In this document: piece by piece, positions 12,009-23,600 of the stretch
Layout: each line of letters starts with the position of its first letter
Position numbering within the stretch: position 1 is the stretch's first letter
Origin: Malacoraja senta
Taxonomy: Eukaryota
Direction of reading: 5' to 3'
Assembly: GCA_038087875.1 (NCBI GenBank)
Contig: CM075995.1
Coordinates: 870,001-934,000, forward strand
DNA length: 64,000 nucleotides
Translations under genes and position numbers: made by a program
Notes under the pieces: generated by a model
The model's input: the letters and a program-made list of their open reading frames with translations, nothing else
What the model was told of the DNA's origin: nothing
The model's database searches: none

Positions 12009-13023
12009 GTCCCACTGAGTTACTCCGCCTTTTGTGTCTATTGCCAGTTCTCCTTTCCCGAGACCCGGTCGAGCATGGAACTCCATGGGCTTGCATCGTG
12101 CGGGACAGGTGGCATTCCCTGGGGGAAACAGACGGGCGACATTTCAGGATGGGACCCTTCTCCAGACTGAAGAAAGGCAAAGAGACCCTTCTTCCGTCGG
12201 AAGAAGGGCCTCGACCCGAAATGTCGCCCATTGATTTTCTCCAGGATGCTGTGTTATAGAAACATAGAAACATAGAAAATAGGTGCAGGAGGAGGCCATT
12301 CGGCCCTTCGAGCCAGCACCGCCATTCATGGTGATCATGGCTGATCGTCCCCAATCAATAACCCGTGCCTGCCTTCTCCCCATATCCCTTGATTCCACTA
12401 GCCCCTAGAGCTCTATCTAACTGAATGGATGGGTGACGTTTCAGGTCGAGACCCTTTTTCAGACTGAACGTGGGGGGGTGGGGGACGGGAGAGGTGAGGG
12501 GGGGAGGGGGGGGACAGGCAATAGGTCAACATAGGCAGTGTGGGGGGGGGGGGGGTTGATAAGCAGGTGGTTGGAACAAAGGCCAGAGAAAAGAACAGAA
12601 GGTATGAGATGGGTTTGATGAGTTGTGGATCGTGAAGTCAGAGGGAGGAAAGTAGCAGGAGGCAGGGGTGGTGGAAGGCGATAGGTGGGAGACCAGGTGG
12701 GGCACAGAGGAGGGAAGGGGTAAGGGGAAGCAAGAATAGGGGGGGGGAGAAAATTGAGGGGGCAGAGGGGGGGAGGAAAGAGAGGGGGAGAGATTTGGGG
12801 GGTGTTTAGTTAGGGCTTTAAGAGGTTTAATTAACCGACGAACCCATTCTTCTCAGGGATGTGGGAGGAAACCGGAGCACCTACAGGAAACCCACGTGGT
12901 CACAGGGAGAACCAGCAGCACCAGGGTCAGGATCGAACCCGGGTCTCGGGCGCTAAATTTCTGTGGAACTTGATTATTTGATATGAATCACCTGATAAAT
13001 AATTTCATGTGATGTTTAACGTC

Positions 13024-13535
13024 ATTTATTTATTTATTTATTTATTTATTTAATTCTTTATTTCGAACAGAATAAAAGAATAAAAAGCAAGTGTGAAACA
13101 GCATACAAAAACAAAACAACAAAAACAAGAATATTTATAAAGTGTCATAAATAATATCTATAAATAAATGAAATTGTATGTGTCCGAAAAGGAGCAGGAA
13201 GAAGCCAAAGCTTATTAATTCCCACCCCTTATTCAACTGCTTATAATTATCTTATACAAAGTTAGCAGCTATAAACACCTATTTCCATATGAACACCAAA
13301 TTATTTACATTTATGCACTAATCAAATATTTACAAAGCCGTACAAAAAAAGTGAGGAAAAAAGAAAAAAGGAAAAACCCTTTTCCTTTATTGAGTGCATG
13401 TAATTTATTTGAGGGTGGAAATATGAACTCATTTGGTGATCACGGGTTTTAGTAAAGGAGATTGGGGTTTTTTGTTGTTGTAAATAATTTGTACTTCCAT
13501 AAGCACAATGGCAACCCATGTATAGACCAAAGATT
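13024..13535 (-). mobile_element. Probable LINE 3'UTR with (TAAA)n tail
   Basis: (ttta)n at 13024-13052 preceded on the minus strand by aataaa and a T-rich UTR; family not identified. Confidence 0.45.
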
Positions 13536-14220
13536 AACACAAATGCTGGAGTAACTCAGCGGGGCAGGCAGCATCTCTGGAGAGAAGGGATGGGTGATGT
13601 TTCGGGTCGAGACCCTTCTTCAGATCCTGGGTCCAGAGATTGATTTGGAACTGTCGACATTCTCATCATGTTTATGTTCATAAGTGATAGGAGCAGAATC
13701 AGGCCATTCGGCCCATCAAGTCATCTCCACCATTCAATCATGGCTGATCTATATCTCCCTCCCAACCCCATTCTCTGCTTTGATTCTGATTTTGATTCTG
13801 TGCCTTTGTTTGGCCCATATCCCCCTAAACCTGTCCAATCGATGTACCTATCTGAATGATTCTTAAACGTTGCACATTCTTAAGTGTTAAACCTGTCTCA
13901 ACTACTCCTCCGGCAGCTCGTTCCATAGAGCTACCACCCTTTTAAAGCGAGTTTTAAATAGGTTACCTCTCAGGTTCCCATTAAATCTCTCAAACCTCAC
14001 CTGAAAACCTATGTCCTCTAATTCTCAATTCCCAAAATCTGGGCAAAATACCCGATCTATACCTCTCACGATTTTCAACACCTCCATCAGATCACCCCTC
14101 ATCAGTTGTAGCAAAACAAGGGGCTGGAGGTGTTGGTTACAAAAGGACACAAAGTGCTGGAGTAACTCAGTTGGATCTCAGTCAGGCAGCATCTCTGGAG
14201 AACATGAATAGGTGACATTG

Positions 14221-14630
14221 GTGTAGGAAGGAACTGCAGATGGTGGCTTAAACTGAAGATAGACACAAAATGCTGGAGTAACTCAGTGGGACAGGCAGCA
14301 GCATCTCTGGAGAGAAGGAATGGGTAACATTTCTGATTTTATCACTTCCGGCTGTCTGCCTTCCACAGCATCCAACCTTATTGTTTCCCAGCCCCGCACA
14401 GCCCAGTTTTACCTTCTCCCCAAAATCCATAAACACAACTGCCTTGGCAGACCCATTGTTTCTGCTGCTCCTGTCCCACTGAAATGATTTCCACGTACCT
14501 CGACTACATCCTGATCCGATCTCTCCCGACCTATGTCCAAGATATCTCACACACCCTAGTTTGAAGAAGGGGTCTTGACCTGAAACGTCACCCATTCCTT
14601 CTCTCCAGAGATACTGCCTGTCCTACTGGG
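14221..14630. mobile_element. Internally deleted Penelope-like element: RT fragment between inverted terminal units
   Basis: Plus strand from 14341 reads PRTAQFYLLPKIHKHNCLGRPIVS (PLE RT motif); flanked by a minus-oriented unit (14221-14330) and a plus-oriented unit (14560-14630). Confidence 0.75.
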
Positions 14631-14749
14631 TGACATTAGGTTGGATAGGTCTTGAAGAAGGGTCGAGACCCTTTAGAGTCCATTATAAACATAGAAACAT
14701 AGAAACATAGAAAATAGGTGTAGGAGGAGGCCATTCGGCCCTTCGAGCT

Positions 14750-14949
14750 NNNNNNNNNNNNNNNNNNNNNNNNNNNNNNNNNNNNNNNNNNNNNNNNNNN
14801 NNNNNNNNNNNNNNNNNNNNNNNNNNNNNNNNNNNNNNNNNNNNNNNNNNNNNNNNNNNNNNNNNNNNNNNNNNNNNNNNNNNNNNNNNNNNNNNNNNNN
14901 NNNNNNNNNNNNNNNNNNNNNNNNNNNNNNNNNNNNNNNNNNNNNNNNN
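14750..14949. other. Assembly gap (200 N)
   Basis: Run of N. Confidence 1.
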
Positions 14950-15348
14950 GGGAGGGAGGCTAGGAGGGAGAGGGGGAAGAGTGTGGATGGAGGGGGAAGA
15001 GGGGGAAGGGGGGGGCGAGAGAGGGAAGGGGGTGGGGGAGGGGTGGGGGAGGGGGTGGGAGAGAGAGGGAAGGGTGTGGGGAGGGAAGGGGAGAGGGAAG
15101 GGGTGTGGGGGAGAGAGGGATGGGGTGGGAGGAGGAGAGGGGAAGAGAGGGAGAGGGTGAGGAGAGGGAGATGGAGAGGGGGAGGAGAGAGGGATGGGGA
15201 GGGGGAGAGAGGTGTGAGGGAGGGATGGCGGAGGGAGGGGAGGAGGGAGATGGGGTAGGGGAGGGAGGGGGAAGAGTGTGGAGGGAGAGGGGTGGGGGGA
15301 GAGAGGGGAAATAGTGGGGAGGGAGAGTGGAAGGCGAGGGGTAGGGAC
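14950..15348. repeat. G/A-rich low-complexity tract abutting the assembly gap
   Basis: Nearly pure purine with many G runs. Confidence 0.9.
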
Positions 15349-15769
15349 AGTCCATCTGTTCCCTATTCCCTATCACACCCAATCCTCTTTCTCTATTCCC
15401 ACACACGTGATGATGCGCTTCGACACAGGCTGCGGGGGTGGGGGAGGGGCTGGGGCTGCTGCAAATGCATATGTAAATGGATCCATTCCGATTGGACATC
15501 TGTGAGCATTGGGCATTGTGACATCACACGATGGAACGTTCACCAACATTCTATGGGTGAGAGCTGTTTTTTTAAACATTTTGAAATTTTGGGGGGTGGG
15601 GGGAGAAGGATTTTATTGAAAATGTGTACATAAACACGACGAAATTTAATCAGAAGTGGCTACTCGGAATGAAAAGTGACATCACTACCGAAATGGAAAA
15701 ATCTCTGCATTTCTGCGTGTGGTGTTGGCGTAGCGACAAATCAAAGGGTGGCACCCACAAGACAGGCAG

Positions 15770-15913
<144 letters not shown>

Positions 15914-15924
15914 AAATACAGATA

Positions 15925-17775
15925 GATAGTTGCCATATAGCATCCTCTGGAAACGAGTTGCTTGGCAGTAACAAATGTTTCCATCTTAAAATGTCTATAC
16001 TGTACAAAAGGATTAAGACTAGTCAGATCCAGAATAATTCTGCATCCCCCATCCTTTTTTGGCCTGGGAAAAATATTAGACACAAATTGATGGAGTTGGT
16101 GAACCGACTTTGCAATTACACCTTTATCACATAAGCTTTCAAGTTCAGCCTGAACCTCCATCTGTTCTGTTAGTGAAAACTGAAAATTTCTCCGTGGAAC
16201 ATGCTGAATGGGCAAATCACAATTTGGATTGAACTCAATTTGAAACCCTTCAATAACACTCAGTATAAACATATCTGAGGTAATTTGCTTCCATTCGTTC
16301 AGGAACAGATGTAATCTCCCCCCAACTTTTAGTTGTGTTACATTTGATCTGTGCACATGAGAACCAGACCCACCTACCTCCTTGGTACCTGGTGGATCCC
16401 ATTGTCCCCGGCCTCTGGCTGGAAACCCCACATTTGATGGTGTACCTGCTGCAGAATGCCCACTGCGCATCTGGCATTGCCGGTTGACTTGTTCCTGGTC
16501 CAGACCAATCACCACGTTTGTAGGGGTATTTTCTTTTTGGCAAATTTCCGGCCGCCGGTTGCTTGATCAACCCCACCGTCTTTGCCTCGTCATCCATCTC
16601 TTTGACCCTCTTCGCGAGGTCCTCTCCGAAGAGTAGATTGGCCGGTTGTATGTTCCCGGGCTGGCAGAGTGCTGCAAATTTCGGATTAATAGTGGGCCGA
16701 ATGGCACTTTTCCTGAGACAGTTAATCTCAAAATGGGCGCTACAAAGCAACCCTAGCACCTCTTGCTGCGTATCCGATATCTCCCCTCCATCCAGGATTC
16801 TAGCAAACCCAGTGATGCCTGAACCCAGTAGTTTGAGGATCCGCTGCAGCTTCATCTCCTGGGCACGCATGGCTACACCCATCTGGCCCCATATCACCTG
16901 GTTCACTGCTGGCAACTTCAGCAGCATGCAGTTCACCGGGGTTTCGTGCTTCTTAGCAGTCTCATCAATGCTGAGCTCCTGTAGCTGATGGGAGACTAGG
17001 TAATTTATGGTGGAGGCCAGCTCCTCTCCCAGTGGCTCTCCAGACTCTGACGGGACAGCGAATCATGCTGTCAGAGTTGGGACCTCCGGCAACGGCCGTT
17101 CTTCACTAAGTTCGAAGTCACCGTCAGAGTCGGGGTCATAACTTAGCTGCCCCTCTGCACTCACCTCATCCATGAGGGTGCTATCAAGCAGCCCTCTACT
17201 AGGTGCTGCCGGCGCGGCCCCTTCTGCAGCCTGCCGCCCACACGACTCCTCCTGGAGTGTGCGTTGCTGGAGCAACTCCTGTATGAGGTGCTCCATCTGG
17301 GATAACCGTTCCAAAACGGTATCCAGCCCCGTACGGGACTCGTCGCGGCCCGACTCAGCTGAGTCTGAGGGCCTCACAGACTTTTCCTTGGCCTTACGCC
17401 CAACTGGCATTGACTCTGTGCTTTGTAGCACTAAGTCTGCAGTTGCTCCGCTCCCGGTCGGCGACTGTGCAGGGGTACCAGGCAGCCGCTCAGAGACCAC
17501 ACTCCCGCGGCTCTCCTTTGCTTTACCTGCGGCTCGCCTGCCCCTGGTCGTCTTGTCCATGGTGCTCCTGTAAAACCGAACAAAGCACGGCACCACAACA
17601 AAACAACTTCTCACTCCAGCCAAGTTTTCCGACTTAGCTGGAGTTTTTAAACTACTTACCACAGGAGGAGCTCTGTCCTCCCGCTGGTCCGTACGCCAAT
17701 GCGTCAGACGTAATGATGCGCATGCGCTCTGGCGGGACTTCTTCACGGAATCACTCACGTGACTCCGAAGTAAAA
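15925..17775 (-). mobile_element. DIRS1-type tyrosine-recombinase retrotransposon, 5' half (gag-like ORF overlapping start of RT)
   Basis: Gag-like ORF from ATG 17560 (disrupted near 17063) to 16250 with ..LLFGEDL..; overlapping RT ORF VGGRLHLFLNEWKQITSD...IFPRPKKDGGCRIILDLTSLNPFVQYRHFKMET...CYMATI, cut just before the DLxDAY motif. Confidence 0.88.
17695..17765 (-). promoter_or_regulatory. Candidate internal promoter of the DIRS element
   Basis: E-box TCACGTGAC 17755-17763, NRF1-like TGCGCATGCGC 17717-17727, TGACG half-site, CCAAT at 17696-17700, all upstream of the leader intron. Confidence 0.45.
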
Positions 17776-18384
17776 TCAATGGTAATGATTCAATGAAAAT
17801 GAGTGAATTGGAACAATGTGGATATTGGCAACTTGACTTTTGAGATGAAGCCAAAAAAAGTCTGCAATAAAAAAAGGCAATTTATTTCATTTAACCCACT
17901 CCCTCTAAAACCTATGCCCAATATTGTGTCTCCCAGCTTAGGAGTTTCTTTTAAGCTGCACTTAATATGTCATCCACAACTGTGTCCAACGTTCAACAGA
18001 AACCTCCTTTGTGTGCTTGAATGGATTTTTACCTGAATACTGGAGGAGCTGCAATAACAGGCGGCAAAGTGCGCCAGAGACCCAGGTTCAATCCTGATCT
18101 CTGGAGCTGTCCGAGTGGATTTTTCACGTTCTCCCTGGGACCTTGTGGGTTTCCTCCAGGTACTTCAGTTTCCACAAGAATCAAGAGTCGCGAGTGTTTT
18201 CTTACTTGTGGCAGAACAGGTTTCTAACACAACATTCAACAGATAATATAATAAACAAAAACAAACAAAAAAAAGAAGTTCAATAAATAGAAAAAATACA
18301 AAGTATAGAGCAAATCACAACTAAGCCCAAAGTCCCTAGTGCTACCAAGGCAGTTTGGAGTTTAGTTGAAGTTCGTAGTTTATC

Positions 18385-18900
18385 TGGACATCTTAAATGA
18401 ATCTGCCTTGCCAGACCTAAATGCCCGAGATCTGGTCCTCAAAGGATTGTGGACATCCTCGTTCATCCAAGAATTCTGAGATGATTTTCATGGGAAAACA
18501 CTCTTCACACATTTCCTTATGAAGTTAATAACAACCGTAGCACATTCACTCAGGTCTGTTGCTGAGTCCTTGAACATAGCCCAGTCTTCTGACTCCAAGC
18601 AGTCCTGGAGTTGTTCCTCTGCCTCCCCTGACCAGCTCTGTGCAGTCCTCACTGCTGGGGGGATGCTCTTCAGTTGCTGCCTGTATGCAATAAGAATCAG
18701 CACAGCAGAATGTTCGGGTTTCACAAAATGAGGGTGAGAGGTGGAGTGATAGGCATCTTTGATTGTGGTATAGCAGTGGTCAAAGTGTTTGATCCTTTGG
18801 GGCTGCAGGAGATGTGCTGGTAGTAGTTTGGGAGAGATTTCTTCAAGCTGGCCTTGATGAAGCCCCCGGCTCTGATAGGAAAGGAGTTGGGGTATGCCAT
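18385..18900 (-). mobile_element. Rex1/Babar-type LINE endonuclease-linker fragment
   Basis: DHCYTTIKDAY..PHF...HSAVL..YRQQLK..WSGEAEEQLQDCLESEDW. Confidence 0.75.
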
Positions 18901-19420
18901 ATGGCATTTACTAGACCAACGACTGCCTAGGGTGGATGTTGGTCTAGTAAATCCATTTGCATGGACCAGCAGCTGTCAGTTACAGCACTAATTTCTGCTA
19001 TTTATTTTATCCAAATATACTTGATCCAAATATACTTGATCCATTGCTCTTGTGCTGCTGGCAAAATGTCACTGTAGTATGGTGCCTATTTTTTTTCACC
19101 ACTCCTCCCCACCTCCACTCCCAAGAGACCTGGTGTTTTGCAGGTTAATTGGCCTCTGTAAGAAATTGCCCCTAGTGTGTAGAGCAGCATTTCTCAACCT
19201 TTTTACCCTTGCAGAACCCTTGAAATAATTGTAATGTCTCAGGGAACCCCTACTTAAAAATTATAATATCTTTATTAATCTTTTTCTCTTTCATAAACTT
19301 AATGTTCATAAGACAAACATGATATATTGTTCTGATAACTGGTTTAAGCAAAAAATAACATGTTTTTTCTCAAGTTTATTGACAATGCAAAACAAAAAAG
19401 AAATCAAACTGCTTGTTCAA

Positions 19421-19422
<2 letters not shown>

Positions 19423-19500
<78 letters not shown>
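19423..19500. repeat. (GA)n(GACA)n microsatellite followed by polypurine tract to about 19637
   Basis: Directly visible. Confidence 0.95.
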
Positions 19501-19501
<1 letters not shown>

Positions 19502-20009
19502 GGGAGGGGGCAGTGAGGGGAGGGAGAAGGGGAGAGGGGAGAGCAAGAGAGGGGGAGGAAGAGAGGGGGAGGAAGAGAGGGGGAGAGGGGGAGAGGGGGA
19601 GAGGGGGAGAGGGGGGGGGGGGATAAGGGAGAGAGAGTTTCAGCATTCTTTCAGCATTCAAATACCATGGTGGTGCAATTCTATAACAAACCTACACTCC
19701 ATCCTTCCATCCCAAGAGAATGGAAAATTACCGATTGGCCATGCAGGTTGACTTCCTTGAGTTAATGATAAAACAATGGTTTTGTGAGGCAAAGTTCATT
19801 TATTTGATACTCATCTAATCCCAGTCTAAAGCTATGGACATGAATTAGTCCTTTGAAAAAAGTCTAGGCTAAAGGGTGTGTTCATCCATGTATAAACATC
19901 ATCAGACCTTCCAGAGGAAGGCTGTGCCTAGGACCATGCTAGAACGAACACCTTGATAAATTGATGTATGGCCTTTGGTTGGGTAATTGGCCCAAATGAG
20001 AGTGTTGCC

Positions 20010-20305
20010 CAAGTGGCGCAGCGGTAGAGTTGCTGCCTTACAGCAAATGCAGTGCCGAACTACGTGTGCTGTCTGCATGGAGTTTGTATGTTCTACCCGT
20101 CACCTGTGTGGGTTTCCTCCGAAATCTGCTGTTTCCTCCCACAATCCAAAGACGGACAGGTTTGTAGGTTAATTGGCTTGGGAAATGTAAAAATTGTCCA
20201 TAGAGGGTGTAGGATAGTGTTAATGTGCGGGGACCGCTGGTCGGCACGGACCCGGTGGGCCAAAGGGCCTGTTTCCACGCTGTATCTCTAAACTAAAAAA
20301 ACTAA
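20010..20305 (+). mobile_element. HE1-type SINE nested in the hAT element
   Basis: Same family as 5876-6183, with a deletion across the B box. Confidence 0.8.
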
Positions 20306-20498
20306 ATTAAATAACTGCATGAAAGAGACAGTCATGACTTTTTGCTCAGATATTTGGGGAGGGATCTACTATCTCTGACTGAGATTCCTATCCCTTAATC
20401 ATGCTGCTTTTTCATCACTGAGTTGTCACATATGTATTGGAGGGATACCACCAACACAATCTCTGCAAAATCCTCCAGGCATAAATGAGCAACTTCAT

Positions 20499-20697
20499 GC
20501 CATCTCCCGGTGGCTCAACACTTCAACTCCCCCTCCCATTCCGAATCTGACCTTTGTGTCCTGGGCCTCCTCCATGGCCAGAGTGAGTCCCACCGCAAAT
20601 TGGAAGAGCAGCACCTCATATTTTGCTTGGGTAGTCACACCCCAGCGGTATGAACATTGACTTCTCCAATTTCAGTTAGTCCTTGCTTTCTCCCTCC
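20499..20697 (+). mobile_element. Penelope-like 3' fragment
   Basis: LPVAQHFNSPSHSESDL..KLEEQHLIF..PSGMNIDF, same as 27312-27737 ORF end. Confidence 0.8.
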
Positions 20698-23600
20698 AGG
20701 TCCAGAGTGCAGAAGGTGCGGAGGGGAGCTTCGAGGTGGAGTGTAAGGATCTCCCTAGAACCGTGCATTGGAGTTGGGGAAAGGCACGGTGTCATGCGTG
20801 CGGTGAATTTGGACATCTCCAGAGTCTTCTTCACGGTGTCGCTGCTAGAAGTTCTAGTGCAGCGGCCCAGGAATGCACTGCTGGCCCATCCGGGGTGGCT
20901 CGTCATGCCTCAGTGGCACGGGGTGGTACTGCTGACCTGGCTAGGGCTGCTAGCTCTGCCTCGGTGATCCAGGGCGGCAGTGATAGCCCATCTGGGTTTG
21001 CAAGTTCCACCTTGGGTACCCGGGGCAGAGATGGCCCCCGCCCCCTACGTCCGGAACCTGTGGAGGTGGTGGTGGCTGATGATGAGGCACAGGGGGAGGA
21101 TGAAGAGAAGAAGGGGAATTGGGAGCTGCAGAAGAAGAAGAGGAGGAAAAAGCCCATGAAGTGAGTCCAATGCAATCTGAGACCACTCAAGGGGCGCCTG
21201 TCAGCTCCAGTGAGGTCCAGAGTGCACTTCCCGTGGCCCAGCAAGGAGCTGAGGTGGTTCAGGTGGGGGTAGGGATGGTAAATCATGCGGGTGGTAAAGT
21301 GGCTGGGGGTAGTGGGGAGGAGGAAGACCCTTCCTTTATGGAGGTCACCGTACCGCCGCATGCGAGTGGGATAAAAAGGAGGTTTGGGCCTAGCGAGGAA
21401 GAGCAAGGGCGTGAGCCCAAAGTTAGGGGGTTGACTTTTTCCAGACCTTCCACCACTGATGTGGTTGGTGGTCAAGAACTGGTGTCTTCCGGGTTGGAGG
21501 TTGAGCCTCCATTTCAGGGTTCTCCCGAGGGGATTACAAGACCAGGTGATGGGGTTGATTCCTCTGGAGTTGTGTCCTATGGAAGGGTGGATGTCCCTTC
21601 ATCTCAGGGGCCCTCCGAGGGAGTTATCTCATCGGGTGGTGATGTTAGCTCCCCTGGGTGTGTCCTCTGGGTCGGAGGAGGTCCCCTCGTTTCAGAGGCC
21701 TATTGAGGGTGTTGGCACGTCAGATGATGGGGTCGGCGCCCTTAGTAGTGGGGCCCCTGAGACGGGGGATGAGCAGAGTCAGCCCGAGGGGGGTGGGTCG
21801 GGGGCATTGGTGTACCAGTCTGTGCTCCTCATCAGAGCCAGTGGAGGTAATGGGGGGTGAGCTGCCTCGCTGGCTGAGTTGGTAGGGGAGAGTTTAAAAG
21901 AAAGTGGAGAGCCTCTGGGTGTTGCCAGTGGAGGGGATGCTATAGGTGCTGTGGAGGTCGGGGCTAGTTCGGGTGGTGATCTCCTTTCAGATTCCGGGGG
22001 TGCCGGTGTATCACAGGCCCTGGGGGTGCCTAGTGTTTTTTCTTCCCCAGGCCCAGACGTAGAGGGTGATGGTAGAGTGCAGGTGCCCAGCCATCCAGTG
22101 GGCTGCCTGTTGCAGTCAGGGGTTTCGGGACCCTTCCCCGTCATTGATCCTGAGGGTGGTGTCTTGCTGGAGGAGGGGAGAGTGATAAGGCCAGTTTGAG
22201 TAGTGGAGTTAACGAACTTCCAGAGAGTTCTGGTCTTTCGATTTCTGACAACGACCTTGACCATTGTGGTGTTGAGCTTGTTGTTGCAGGTGCGAGTGAG
22301 TTGGCCGAGTGCCCAGGCTCCAAGGCCGAGTCTCATGCAAGTGATATCCGTGAGGTCCGAGAATTCCTAAAAATAAGCCGTACCACCAGAACAAAAATGG
22401 ATGCTGCTAAAAGACGGTGGGCTGATCTGCCAGTTTTGATTAAGACTCTCGAGGCTATCCTTGGCAACAAGGGTAGTGATCTTCCTGACTTTGAGAAGAG
22501 CCAGTTTGGGGACTTTTTGGTGTTCCTCAGAGAGAGAGTTGTTGAGTCTACGGGGAGTGTGAGGGTCTCAATCTAGTGTGCCTGCACATTCACAGTCGCA
22601 ACATTAAACTTAAACGGGAGTAGAGCGAGTTTTCGTAGATTTCAGCTTTTATCAGTCCTTAAAGAGGGGAGATTTGCAGTGTGTTTTCTGCAGGAGACGC
22701 ATACCGTTGTTAGTGATGAACCTACATGGAGATTGGAGTGGGAAGGGGGGGGGGTCTACATGAGCCATCTCAGCTCGAATACGAGTGGGTGGCCTTTCTG
22801 TTGGCCCAGAATTTCCTGCCAAATGTTCTAAAAGTGCAAGAAGTTGTGCCAGGACGTTTGCTCCATCTGGCAGTGAGCCTGAATGGCATGCCGTTGCATT
22901 TCATTAACGTGTATGCCCCTAGCTCCGGTACGTTGCAGGCCGCCCTAATTCAGGGGGTGACTGCTCTGTTGAGCACTATTGATAGGGGAGAGTGTGTCTT
23001 CCATGGTGGGGACTTTAATTGCACACTTGAGGCGCAAGACCGTTCTGGTACTCAGTGTGCCCCTGCTGTAGCGAAGAAGCTGAGAGGTTTGATTGACTCC
23101 TTTGAGCTGGTTGATGCGTGGCGGTACCTCCACCCGGATTCCATTGCTTTTTCGCGGAGGTCTGATAGAGGTGGTTCCCGTATTGATCGAATATACATTT
23201 CCCGAGCGTTTGTTTCCCGTGTGTCAGCAGCCTCAATGCGGTTGGTGCCGTGTTCGGACCACTGTCTGGTGCGTGTGGACTTTAATCCGGCGCGCACTCG
23301 GGCTGGGTCCGCGTACTGGCACCTTAACAACCGGCTGCTGGAGGATTGGTGTTTCCGGGAGTCATTCAGTCGGTTTTGGGTGAAGTGGAGAGAGAGGCAG
23401 AGGTGCTTCTCTTCCTTTAGGCAGTGGTGGGATGTGGGGAAGGCTCACATCCATCTCTTTTGTAAGGAGTATACGTGGGGGTCGACCGGACGGCGGGACT
23501 CAGCGGTCGAGAGGCTTGTGAGGGAGCTATTGGGCGCAGAGTCTCGCCTGGGTCGGGTTGGTGATGACTCCTGTGAATGGGGAGAGTTTCAGGAGAAGAA

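Noticed and set aside
13322..13540. ORF containing MGC as candidate myristoylated STMND1 start
   Set aside because: Lies in an AT-rich probable LINE 3'UTR with no family resemblance
14950..15348. G-quadruplex or promoter function of the G-rich tract
   Set aside because: Abuts an assembly gap, so length and accuracy are unreliable; similar tracts accompany repeats elsewhere in the window
17940..18056. Possible first exon of the STMND1-like gene (minus strand ..CSSSSIQVK.., reminiscent of an MGCxxS start)
   Set aside because: No ATG-GGN in frame, a SINE fragment abuts it, and the frame closes; too weak to call, though worth an RNA-seq look
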